Below, piece after piece: positions 22,611 through 34,663 of a stretch of 64,000 nt of DNA; position 1 is the first letter of the stretch, and the number at the start of each line of letters is the position of its first letter. The stretch is from Heptranchias perlo. Its lineage: Eukaryota. The translations under genes were made by a program, and so were the position numbers. A model generated the notes under the pieces. It made no database searches. It saw nothing but the letters and a program-made list of their open reading frames with translations, and was not told the origin of the DNA. Where the stretch lies: NCBI RefSeq assembly GCF_035084215.1, contig NC_090361.1:3410001-3474000 (forward strand), read 5' to 3'.

Positions 22611-24948
22611 CTTGAAATAAAAACAGATCACTATTGTACGAGTGTTAATAACAGTCCCAAAAGCCAAGGAAGCAAGAATTAACTGCACTGAAAGTACAAT
22701 CTATAACAAGTTGGTTTCTGCCCACGATTCTCCACACACTAAGAACTTAAGAAATAGGAGCAGGAGTAGGTCATACAGCCCCTCGAACCTGCTCCGTCAT
22801 TCAATAAGATCTTGGCTGATCTTCAACAGCACCACAGAAGACTCTTGAGGCAGACAGTATAAAGGTGCCCAAAGGACAATTAGATGTGTTTATATAGAGA
22901 GAGAGGAGGGATTGAGGGATATGTTAAGAGGGTGATGATGATCTGTAGAAAACAGCTGGGCTTGTTAGGCCTCAAGATCTTTGTTTATTCCTAAAAATTC
23001 TTGCATTCTTTTATTGAGCTCCTGATGTCCACAGGGATATATCAGCAGAAACCGGCCACTCCCTCCCCCAATCCAGGGGAAAGCTGGAGGCCCAGTCACT
23101 CTAAACCACACTACCTTTATGGGTAGTTTGAAAGTGGGACTGGCAGTGACAGCAGGTCCCCTGCCCGGTCACAAATGGTGTGTGGTGCGGGGAAGACATT
23201 GCTGTTTAAAACAAAATAGATGAAACACCCTCAGTTAATCGTTCCAACAGTCAACAGATTTGAACTGGGTTTTTGGTTGTACATGGTGCACGTCACTTCA
23301 CAACTGAGGACAGCCTTAAAGAACTCGTTATTGCAGCCACCAAATGTGAAACGAGTACAACAATCGCCGTATTACACACGTTCACACACACGCACACTTT
23401 CAGTAATATCAATGTCCCGTGATGCTGCACATGGGCAATCAAGAATAAGTGTAGTCAGTCTTCAGGTGAAGCAGGGTTAGAGGTCAGGGAGATAACTGGA
23501 CCAGGGCGCACAGGTGTAATTCAGTCCCTACTTTGAAGTCGTACATTCTGCCCCTATATATTTTTTTCCATTATAAATTCCTATGTCCACATTTATAATG
23601 AAAACTGCCTATGTAAACTTGTCACACTGTGATTACAGCCTCCCCCCAGTGGTGACACTTGTATTTATATACTGCCTTTCACAAACTCAGAACATGCCAA
23701 AACACCTCGCAGCCAATGAATTTTTTGTGAAATGTGGTCTCTCTTATTACGTAGGCAAATGCAGCACTGTGACCAGTTCATCTATTTAGGAGGCGTTTGG
23801 TTGAGAGATAAATGTTGGCCAGGACACTGGGAGAAACTCCCCATCTCTTCTGGGGATGTTTTACACCCACCTGAACAGGTAAACGGGGCCACAGGTTAAC
23901 GCCTCATCAGAAGATGGCACTTCCGACAATGCAGCACTTCCTCAACACCTCACTGAAGTGTCAGTCTGGATTAGATGCTCTAGTCTTGGAGTGGGGCTAG
24001 AACCCACGACCTTCTGACCCAGATGCAAGAGTGCTACCAACTGAGCCAAGCTGGCAGCGGTGAAACAGAAAACAAATCAGTGCACTTTGCAAAACAAGAG
24101 TGATGAATCCTTCACTGCAGCATACTAAGTCGAGCATTTTGATTGTATAAGTATTGCCCCCTTCCAAACACCAGTCCCTGGTGATGGGATGTGCTGCTCC
24201 CTGGGTGCTGACCATGTCACTCTGTAATTGGACTGCACACTTGCTGGCAATCAGAGTCACTGCATCCCAACGTTCCCTTCCCTTGGGGGGCAGTGCCTGT
24301 CCTGCACTGAGTATCGGACTGGTTTAGTCCTGGAAATAATTAGAACTTCAGCTTTAGTCTCGTCTCTGGACCCGAGTTCAAGTCTCATTATATATACAGC
24401 CTCCTGGAAAAATGTAGTCAAAGTTTTTGGAACCAAATTTTGGACATATTTTAGTTTTAGTCTTGGAAAAGATTTTAGTCAAATGTTTAATTTTTGCTCT
24501 CATGTTTTCAGGAAATTTTCTACCAAAATATATGTTGCAAAAAAATGTCCCATTTGTAGTTTCACTTCTCACGGAAATCTTGAGAAATAATAAACGGGGA
24601 CTTGAACAAAAACTTTGTTTCAATTTCCAACATCTGTTCAAAAAATTGTGGCTACTGACCACATATAATCCAAGGGATAATTTTAATCTCATCTATCCAT
24701 CTCGAATTTATCGTACTTCCGATCTATAGTCTCCAGAAGAAATCAGTTCTAATTTACTTTACTGACAATAATCTTAATCAGCTTCTATTGTCCTCCTCAC
24801 TTTGGTCAACTAATGCGATACAGAGCGAGTGCCACCATGACTGGGCCAATGTAAGGACTTGCCATATGAAGAATCACAGTGTGAAGTCACATCCTGTCAC
24901 CCACACCACTGCCTGAAATACTCCTTTGTTCAGTCTAAATCCACTTAC

Positions 24949-25077
24949 CTCTAGGATTACAATATCATAGTCACTGAAGGAACAGTAGCGTTTTGACCAG
25001 GACGCATCGTTCCTTATAACCTCATTAATGACGTATTCGAAGTCGAGTGTCAGCTGTTCCACGGTGAGGTACTTGCC
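24949..25077 (-). CDS. DCAF15: DCAF15 exon 9
   Basis: [43 protein letters not shown]. Confidence 0.97.
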
Positions 25078-25299
25078 CTGGAAATTGACAAAATGCAGGA
25101 GATGAATTACAGTGGGACACAGAAAAACCAGACACAAAGAGGTTACATATCTCAAGTTAAATGATGTGTCCTATTAGACGTTTTCTCATGGAAATGTAAA
25201 ACAGTGAAAGGGTTTCAACAGCCTTTAAACCCATCCTCTCAATCTACCGCAGCCTTGATTGTGCAGTTGTTAAGGACAACATGTATCACAGCACATACC

Positions 25300-25560
25300 A
25301 GAAGGTCCCAGTATGGAGTCCCACTGTGTACTGAGTTAGCCGATCTAAGATGGGGCAGTAAATGCACTCCTACAATTGGCATCAATGCTGCCCATGGGCC
25401 AGGGAGAGGAGAAAGCAGCCAGAGTTCGGAATCCAGTGACCCTCTGCTGCAAAGTGCATGTCAGGACAGGACTTGGCTATGATTCTCTTCACTGCCTGTC
25501 GACGTTCACTGATAGACTCACACAAGAACAATGGCTGTGGGCTGAGGTACGGGGAGGCTG
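25300..25560 (+). mobile_element. tRNA-derived SINE, AmnSINE2-like; related copies near 11040, 31390, 35000 and 47800
   Basis: ctgagttagccgatct...ctacaattggc...gggccagggagagg...ccagtgaccc shared among copies. Confidence 0.5.
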
Positions 25561-26129
25561 CCACACAACAGCGTCCCACTTGGGACAGAGAAATGGGAGA
25601 AATTTTTTTAAAAATCTACCCCAATAATGGGAGAAGCAATGACAGCAGCGGTACATCGTGTCACCTGTATGTAGAGTTTTGGGAATTTCATGAATGAAAC
25701 CTAATCGAGAACTGTATTGAGAGAAAACAAACCAGATTCCAGCGGTGCCCTTAGAACCAATTTGTAATCAGCACATCAAAGTAAATATTTTTTAGAATTC
25801 CATATATTCCCACATAATTCTCATCATTCTATTTACTCACCTAATGTGCAATACAAACTTTGCCCTTAAGTTATCAGTTCACCCTGGTCGGTTATAAATT
25901 TTAACCCACAGATTTTGTTTTTCCAATTTTCTTCCCCCCCCTTTCGAAGGTGCTGGCTTACAGTTCCAAGGGGATCGGCAGCTCTCTGGCACTCTTGGCA
26001 CCAACTGGCCCATTCTTCATGCAAAAGCCATACAGGTTATTTGACCATGTAGCGCATCGCAGCCAAGCCCGATTCGGTTTCCACCCAAAGCCCAAACATG
26101 CGCGCTCCGAAGGGGAAAATTAAAAAAGC

Positions 26130-26535
26130 AAGACTTGCATTTATATAGTATCTTTCACAATCCCAGGACATCCCAAAGCGCTTTGCAGCCAATGAAGTAC
26201 TTTTGGAGCGTAGTCACTGTTGTAATGTAGGAAATGCGGCAGCCAATTTGCGCACAGCAAGGTCCCACAAACAGCAATGTGATGATGACCAGATAATCTG
26301 TTTTAGTGATGTTGGTTGAGGAATAAATATTGGCCCAGGACACCGGGGAGAACTCCCCTGCTCTTCTTCGAAATAGTGCTCGAGAGGGCAGATGGGGCCT
26401 CAGTTTAACGTCTGATCTGAAAGACGGCACCTCTGACAGTGCAGCACTCCCTCAGTAATGCACTGGGAGTGTCAGCCTAGATTTTGTACTCAAGTCTCTG
26501 GAGCGGGTCTCTAACCCTGACCTTCTGACTCAGAA
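26130..26535 (-). mobile_element. DeuSINE (SacSINE1-like), near full length
   Basis: tRNA-like head at right, Deu domain, L2-like tail. Confidence 0.85.
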
Positions 26536-27314
26536 TGGGAGCTGTAGAGCTCAGTGCCTTACCCCAAGGACCACTGAGGCTTCCCAATCAGCTCCGTGAA
26601 TCCTATATATACATATTCTATACCACAATACGGTTACTTACACAATCCTTTATGATTCTTAATTACTGCAAACTACACACAATCTGCACATCATTATAAG
26701 AATGAACAGGTTTCCCCGCTAAATGTTACACTCCCGGGATTCCAGTGTAATATTGTACCACTGACCTTGCATATTTACCAGTTCTCATCACAAACCCAAC
26801 TCATCCCAATATGCGGCCAGCTATTTTTCCACAAAGAGAGGAAAATAACCCAGAGCTCTAACACTTATGAGCCAGAAATAGCCAGTAACCAGGGGGTCGA
26901 GTTGCTAGAGCTCTGTATCTTACAATGCAATGTCGTTGCTGGGCATATTTAGAGTGTTGGTACTTGAGAGCTTTAAAAAAAAGAAATGCACCGAAGCCAA
27001 AACACCTTCAGTGTCCTGCAATACTTCAAGTCCAATTATTCCCACCAGCACCACTGACAGAGCTGTAACTACCAGTACTTTACAATAGGGGTCAAGAAAC
27101 TGTCTCCAGACGTAACTCAAATGTGAAAGAATGAAATCTATAACACTGTACAGCTGGTCTCTTCACAGTTCAATATTCCACACCCCAACCGTACAATCAA
27201 AGTGACAACATGGCAGGTTGCTACACATTACAGTCAGTGAATCCACGTGGCTGTCAGGGTGCCCTGGTAGCTGGTTTTCACCATTCTGAGTGGGAAACGA
27301 TGCACTGTGGTTAC

Positions 27315-27406
27315 CTGATACGAAGCACTTTCTTTAAAAGGTTTCAGATTCCTTCCCCTCAAGTCAGTCACTACAAAAGGCAGCGAGATCTTATCATCAT
27401 CATATC
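27315..27406 (-). CDS. DCAF15: DCAF15 exon 8
   Basis: [30 protein letters not shown]. Confidence 0.96.
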
Positions 27407-28594
27407 CTGTTAGAAACAAGATCGGTTTTAGTCTCCCATCAGCAAGCTCCTCTCTTAGCCAACAGTTATAAGATTAAACAAATCCTTTGAGATCTTCAGT
27501 CATACTATGAGGTAAACTATTTTTTTAAAAAAAGGAGCTATGCTTCCAAAACTCAATCCTTAGGTTTAACACTACAATTCTACCACTATTGAGTACACAA
27601 TAATGCGAATGAACAAAGTTGTGTCTGAGGCGCTACTTGGAAGCTGAGCCAACACTGGCTGGGCAGGGCACCCAATCCCACGCCTCTGCTGCACCACCAG
27701 GGGAGTGAGTGCATTTTCAGCACCTGACCCCGGGAGCAACACAGAGACCAATGGGATGGGTCATTTGAGAATGTGGTGCCCACCCAGTTTGGTGTTAAAG
27801 TGTTAATCTATCTGTAGATAATGGACAGCAGGCCTGCATGAAGTTTACCCCTTCATTGATTTACAAAGTAGAACTCCCTAGCATCGAAGCAGCATCAACA
27901 TTTTTAAGAATAAACAGGAAATTCAGGCAGAATTATTTCCTACAAAATGTAGCTGAATAAGTTGTCAGGGAAAGTTATCATTAAAACACATGACATTAAC
28001 GGGATCAGGAAGGGACTATTTGTTTCATTTCTGGAGAAAGATGGGATTTGGGGATGTGGTGGGGAAAGTGGGGTTGAGATCAACCAAAAAAGGGACAGAC
28101 TTGTTGGGCCAAATGGCCTTTTCATGTTCCAAAAAGTTCCCATGTTCCTCACATAGGAACAAGCAGTCAATACAACTGTTGAAACTGCCAAGACCATTTT
28201 TAAAGCAACTGGGGCTCTCTATGGGGGCTCTTATAAAATAACATAAAACTGGAACTCCCAGGGTCCCTCTCAATGATTAACAAATACACATAAACATATG
28301 ATTAGGTACAGCTCAATAACTTACCGATTGCTTTGATAAACAGTCGGAAATGACATATCAACTTGCAGCAAAGGACCAAGTTCACCCCAAAGCAAACTAT
28401 ACCACTTCACCGTCACAGTAAACTTTTTAACAGGCTTTGTAAAAAGGTTTGAAAAGTGTTACTCTACCCTACTCTTATTGCATTTTCAAGCAGAATGCTG
28501 TACCCTAAATAAAACATATTCTCGCTGTATAAAACAATAGTCTTGGAGGTGCAGAGTGCTACATTCTGAATTGCACACATGAATTAACTCCTAC

Positions 28595-29125
28595 TATTCC
28601 AATGCTCTCCTGGCCGGCCTCCCATCTTCCACTCTCCATAAACTTGAGCTCATCCGAAACTCTGCTGCCCTTATCCTAACTCGCACCAAGTCCCGTTCAC
28701 CCATCACCCACTGTGCTCGCTGGCCTACGTTGGTTCCTGGTCTGGCAACGCCCCAATTTTAAAATTCTCATCCTTGTTTTCAAATCCTTCCATGGCCTCA
28801 CCCCCCTCCCTATCTCCTCCAGCCCTACAACTCTCCAAGATCTCTGCATTCCTCCAATTCTGGCCTCTTGCACATCCCCGATTTCCATCACCCCACCACT
28901 GGCCACCACGCCTTCAACTGCCTAGGCCCTAAGTGTTGGAATTCCCTCCCTAAACCTCTCTGCCGCTCTCTCCTCCTTTACGATGCTCCTGAAAACCTAC
29001 CCCTTTGACCAAGTTTCCTGTCCTAATATCTCCTTATGTGACTCGGTGTCAAATTCTGTTTGCTATTCGCTCCTGTGAAGGGTCTTGGGACGTTTCAAGG
29101 AGCTAAATAAATGCAAGTTGTGGTT
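28595..29125 (+). mobile_element. L2-type LINE 3' end
   Basis: Matches 56920-57475. Confidence 0.85.
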
Positions 29126-30204
29126 GTACTTCTGGTTTGAACGAAAAGTTTTGTGCAGGAATTTCCAAAAGGCCAATCCACAGCAGTGTGTTGGCATCCC
29201 ACTAGCAAGTGTCGGTGCCAAGTGACAAGCCAGTTTCCGAGAGGGACCATCCACGTGCTTCAAAGTCAGAGCTTCAGCCTCAAACTGCACAAGTTTCTCT
29301 GCACAATATGCTAATTACAATGAGGCAGGCCACAAAGAGCGAAGGGGCATCCATTCAATCCCCCCCATCTCAGCTTTGGTGGAAAGGAACTCTGAGCAAA
29401 GGCCTAAAAGACCTTCCCAAAGCTGGGGGAAGAGAGCGAGAGGGGGAAATCGAACTATCGCATGCAGAATCACGTCACTCTTAGACACCTTCAGCTATTG
29501 GATCGAGGCCTGGTTTGGGCAATGGTTGGGGGGGGGGGGGGGAAAGAGAAAGAGGAGTAAAACTGTGGGTGAGATACTGGCCATTAACCTTCAGACCTGG
29601 GTTCAAATTCAGCACAGTCCAACAGGATGAATGTCTCTTCTCTTTGTTGGCTGTAAAGGTCCAATGTTAAATAGGTTTAGCCCATCTCAACTGTTTCTGA
29701 TGGACACAAAACTGTTGTTAACTCAACGTTAAATCGATCTCACGAAAAAACATAACTTGCGCAGTAGGAATGTTCTTTTAATGCTGGTGCTGAATCATAA
29801 TGCTGGTCAAAGCACATGGAGCTTTGCTCTGCTTCCAACGTGTTATATCTGACCTGGGAGTGATGATGCTGACACTGGGAAGAAGTGTTCCAATCTCCAG
29901 CACCTTGATCAGCACTAAATCCAACAGAAGTTCAAAAGAAATAGTAAGAAGAAGAAATCAAACTGCAAATGCTGAAAATCTAAAAATAAAAACAAAGAAT
30001 TGGAGCAGGATCCCTGCCTACCCTTTATTCTGAGGAATTGTACATGTTGCAGGGGAAGAATTTAGCGAAGGGCCTTCTGATACTGGAAGTCTAAGAGCTG
30101 AGCCCAGTGGGACATCATAGGGTTGTTGCAAATTAAGCAAAAACAGCATACTGACAACCAAAATGGAGGTTTAACAGATTTGTTGGCACTGCTGCTTAAC
30201 TCAC

Positions 30205-31032
30205 CATCATCATCTACAACCATGCCAGAAGGTTCCAGAACATAGTGCAGCTTTATGTAGTTCACGTAACCAGGGTCTGTTTGTGCAGTTTCTTGATGTT
30301 GGCTGGCAGTATTGTCCATTGTGCCCGATTCGCTCTGCACCAACCCGTTTGTCACTTCAGACCTCGGTCTAGCAGCAGACAATACTCCGTTGTCCAAAGC
30401 AGCTTTCCCCGTTGTACAAGTGCAGCTCAACACAAGCGAGTGTGAACATTTGGGGCTCAAAGCAGAACCACAGCTTTCTGCAACACAACTAGAACACTGC
30501 GTCCCTAACTTTGCTTCTGAAGAGGAGGAGGGCGTGAATTCAGAAGCCTCGCTTCTCTGTGTACTGAGGACCTTGGGGCAGTCTTCAATGGGTTTCCCTA
30601 GTAGGGCACCTTCCTTTTGTTTGGATACAGCTTCATCTAAACTACATGGCCCTTCAGTGGTGCTTGTGGCAGCTCTTGCTCGTCTGAAAATATCAGCTGC
30701 AAATTCCTTGGCTTTGCCTGCTGCAGAGGACTGGTCAGAGAGGGCAGGGTTACACTCCGCCGATACAGCGTGCTTAAAGCTTTTAAGTTCCCAGCTCAAC
30801 ATTTCCTCCGAGCAGCTTTCAGTGCGCGAGCAGCAGCTGTTGGTGGCGGCTTTGTGTAAGATGCAGCCCGACATTCCATGACTGGATAAAGGACGATTCA
30901 TGCCTTCATGTTGCTGATAACTGGACACAGCACTGTCCATTACTGGTGAAACAAGACTAGGATTCACCTCACTGTGTCGTGGAGGTTCATTATTTTCACT
31001 GCTCTTACTGTACAAAATCTGCCCTTTCTCAC
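30205..31032 (-). CDS. DCAF15: DCAF15 exon 7 (large, Ser/Cys-rich linker)
   Basis: 828 nt open, QILY...KAKEFAADIFRRA...PGYVNYIKLHYVLE; ttccag| and |gtgagt flanks. Confidence 0.93.
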
Positions 31033-31719
31033 CTGGAACGCACAAGAGTACAAAAAAAGTTGTTAAACAAATCTGAATGGAAAGAACAGTTGGTTAAGGC
31101 AGTGCCTAGCAGTGCCATACAAACGTACAGAGTCAATGTGATATCCTGGACAGTTTCGAAGAGGAATTTTCCAGAGTCTTTTCCCCCTTATTGGCCATAG
31201 GCTTTTTGTCTGTTTTTTGCCTCTCCCAGGAGATTACATGGCTGCAGGGCGAGGGGGGGATGGGGGCGGGGGCAGGGAGGAAATGTCTAGTCACGATGTT
31301 CCGACCATCATGATGTGTGGGGCAGGCTTGATGGACCAGCTGGTCCTTTCCTGCCCGTCAACTTCGTATCTTCGTAAACTAGAAAGGCCTCTGGCTGAAC
31401 TTCCCCATCTGTGTCGAGTTAGTTGATGTCGGCTGGAGGTGGCAGTTATAGTGTTACAATTGACTGAAATGACCCTGGGTTAGAGAGGGGGAATCCAGTG
31501 ACCCCAATGGAAGTACGCATGTGTGGGCATGGAGTGAGGACATGATTGGGCTTGGTTGCAATGCCCAATAAGGAGAGATGGCATTTACACCCGAGTGCTG
31601 AGAGTGACCAGGGGGAAGATTTGCAAAGCAGTGATGATCATTATGAGGGAGTCAGAGTACAGTGGAGAGGTGTCAGTACATTGAAAACAAGCAACTGTGG
31701 TGCGCATACACAAAATGAA

Positions 31720-32176
31720 AGAGAGCTTGCATTTTAAAATGCCTTTCACAATCTCAGGACGTCCCAAAGCGCTTTACATCCAATTAAGTACTTCTGAATT
31801 GTAGTCGCTGTTGTAATGTAGGAAACACAGCAGCCAATTTGTACACAGCAAGATCCCACAAACAACAATGAGATAATGACCAGATTATTTTTTTTTAATG
31901 TTGTTGGTTGAGGGATAAATATCAGCCTGGCCATTGGGGAGAACTCCCCTGCTCTTCTTCGAATAATGCCGTGAGATCTTTTACACCCATTGTAGGGGGA
32001 AGATGGGGGCCTTGGTTTAACTTCTCATCGAAAGACGGCACCTCCAAACAGTGCGGCACTCCCTCAGTACTGCACTGGAAGTGTCAGCCTAGATTTGGAG
32101 CTCAAGTCTCTGGAGTGGGACTTGAACCTTCTGACTCGGAGGCGAGAGTGCTACCCACTGAGCCACGGCTGACACT
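31720..32176 (-). mobile_element. DeuSINE (SacSINE1-like), full length
   Basis: A box tggctcagtgg, B box gttcaagtccc, Deu domain and tail; other copies at 23680-24055, 33075-33350, 38830-39180, 42170-42590, 44280-44585, 49155-49590, 58795-59250 and 63600-63840. Confidence 0.88.
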
Positions 32177-32365
32177 TCAATATGCATCCAGATACAGTAG
32201 TGGAGGTGAGAACCAACTGGATGCTCCAGTGAAAGGGACGTTGAGGCTATCTCTGTCTGGATTAAATAATTTGGACTGAAAGTCCTCCCTCGCCTGTAAT
32301 TATCTTGTGAATAACCCACCCACACATACTATCTAGGCTCCCACATATTGACCACTTGGACATAC

Positions 32366-32533
32366 CTGTCGTTACAGATATAGCACATGCTACCAGTGAG
32401 TAGCTGGTGTTGAGTAACACCACTCCATCTTTCTTGAGCTGGAAGGCAGGCTGAAAGGTGGGGAAGGGATACACCACCTGGTATTTTGTGTGAAGCATGA
32501 AGCCATGCTGTAGACAGTGGGCATTCTGCTCAT
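32366..32533 (-). CDS. DCAF15: DCAF15 exon 6
   Basis: [55 protein letters not shown]. Confidence 0.97.
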
Positions 32534-32629
32534 CTGTAAAAACACACAACAGAAAGTTAGGTCTCTGCAACGTGAAGTATTACAGCTTTAACACACACAT
32601 ACACAATAAAATAAAAACATTTTTCGTAC

Positions 32630-32766
32630 CTGTGCTGAGCAAAGCCATGTCCTTGCAGTCAGGACAGAACGCAAACGGAGGTGTAGCAACAGTTGTAATA
32701 TAAATATCTCTGTCATTTTCGTCACTCATCACCATGTTTATCAGCAGATCATTCACTGAGCGAATG
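32630..32766 (-). CDS. DCAF15: DCAF15 exon 5
   Basis: IRSVNDLLINMVMSDENDRDIYITTVATPPFAFCPDCKDMALLST; CxxC zinc ligands. Confidence 0.95.
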
Positions 32767-33486
32767 CTGCATTAAAAAGAAATTGAATTACATTTTCATA
32801 TAATGAGGGAAAAATGTTATTATTTTTAAAAAATAATAAATATAACTTTTTTTAAAAACTTGGCTGGGGAGGAAGAACAAGAAACCCTTCCCCCCCGCCC
32901 CCCCCCTTCAAATAACACTCGTCACAAGCAGAAGCGAGTCACCCACACTCCCTCTAACAGCTGGTCACAGTGAAGGTGGAACAGGTTCTGCGGTACGGGT
33001 CATTTGCCTGCACCTGCTGGGAAAAGATAGATGGAGCTAGAAAGGGGAAAAATTAAACAGTAAAAAGGACACCAGAACAAAAAGATCCCACAAATAGCAA
33101 ATGACGAGTTAATCGGTTTTAGGTGGTGACGTTTAGGGAAGAAATATTGGCCAGGGCACTGGGATAACTCCCTGCTTCAAATAGTGGATGAAGCCTCAGT
33201 TTAATTAAAGTCGCATCTGAAAGCGTCTGACAATGGTTTGCACCACACTGAAGGTTCAGCCTAGATTATGTGCTGTAGCCTCTGGAGTGGGGTTTGAACC
33301 CACAACCTTTGGACTCAAGAGGCAAGAGTGCTACCCACTGAGCCAAACTGACATTCAGCTTCAAATCTTAGCAATTTCTCCTGTGGCAGAGGAGTGGGTT
33401 GAACATTTTCCCAGGAGGATTGAAGCACCAGACTACTTAATTACAATTTCCATTTATAAAGTCAAAGCAAACATTTGAATACTTAC

Positions 33487-33593
33487 TTGAACCCAAACAC
33501 AATGAGTTTTGAGGGGTCACTGGGCCATTCACACACTGTTAGATACAAGTCGCTGTATACTTCCTGATCTTTGAAAAGATGGACTTGTCGCAC
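33487..33593 (-). CDS. DCAF15: DCAF15 exon 4
   Basis: [35 protein letters not shown]. Confidence 0.96.
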
Positions 33594-33914
33594 CTAAAAT
33601 TCAACAAAAAAAACAAAGGATTAAAAAAAATCTTCGTTTTTCTTCCACAGCAGAGCAATTCAGAATGCAACCATTCTACTAAAAATTAGTACGTAGTTAA
33701 GTACAGCCAGTGTGTGTGTGTGGGTTTGAACTGGAAGTCATTCTCTCCCTTAGGACAACAATCCCATGTCAGTTCCTTGGCCAGGATGGTGCCTAGTCTG
33801 CCTAGCACCAGGCCTCTGCTGCTCTCTTATGTGGGAGTTATGAGGTGCACATGAGCAGTCTGGTTGGCTGTGCTCCTCCATAATGCTGGAAATGCAAGGA
33901 ATCACAGGCAAGAA

Positions 33915-34340
33915 CATAAGAAATAGGAGCAGGAGTAGGACATACGGCCCCTCGAGCCTGCTCCGCCATTCAATCAGATCATGGCTGATCTTCAACCTCA
34001 ACTCCACTTTCCCGCCCGATCCCCATATCCCTTGATTCCCAGAGAGTCCAAAAATCTATCGATCTCGGCCTTGAATATACTCAATGACTCAGCATCCACA
34101 GCCCTCTGGGGTAGAGAATTCCAAATATTCACGACCCTCCTGAATGAAGAAATTCCTCCTCATCTCCGTCCTAAATGGTCCTTATCCCGAGACTATGTCC
34201 CCTAGTTCTAGACTCTCCAGCCAGGGGAAACATCCTCTCCGCTTTTACCACGTCAAGCCCTCTTAGAATTTTATATGTTTCAATGAGATCACCTCTCACT
34301 CTTCTAAACTCCAGAGAGTATAGGCCCCATTCTACTCAAT
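33915..34340 (-). mobile_element. CR1 LINE 3' fragment
   Basis: aacataagaaataggagcaggagtagg tail; same family as 21305-21535, 46545-47055 and 54555-54870. Confidence 0.85.
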
Positions 34341-34518
34341 CTTTCCTCTCTCCCATCCCAGCAAGAGCCCGCTTTCTTTCACTCCTTATAGGAGAGAAGC
34401 TAAATCTGATAGAATACAATAACAGGCAGAAAAAAAAATAAGGAGCTGCCCATCCAAGGATTTATTTGAGCTCAAGTGTGGAATTAGGAGTGTTCTCTCT
34501 TCACACTTTATTACTCAC

Positions 34519-34663
34519 CTTTTTCAATTTGTCATGAATGTTGAACTTCCACCAATATAGGTAATACACGTAATACGGTAACTCGTCAAACTCCTGCTCT
34601 GGCACATCCCTGGTGTAGGACAGCACATACCTGCCGCATTTTGTAAATCCAAGGAATATATGT
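34519..34663 (-). CDS. DCAF15: DCAF15 exon 3
   Basis: [48 protein letters not shown]. Confidence 0.96.

Noticed and set aside
30312-30881. 189-aa plus-strand ORF
   Set aside because: Antisense shadow of DCAF15 exon 7
32100-32176. tRNA gene (A and B boxes)
   Set aside because: It is the tRNA-derived head of a SINE, continuous with the Deu domain
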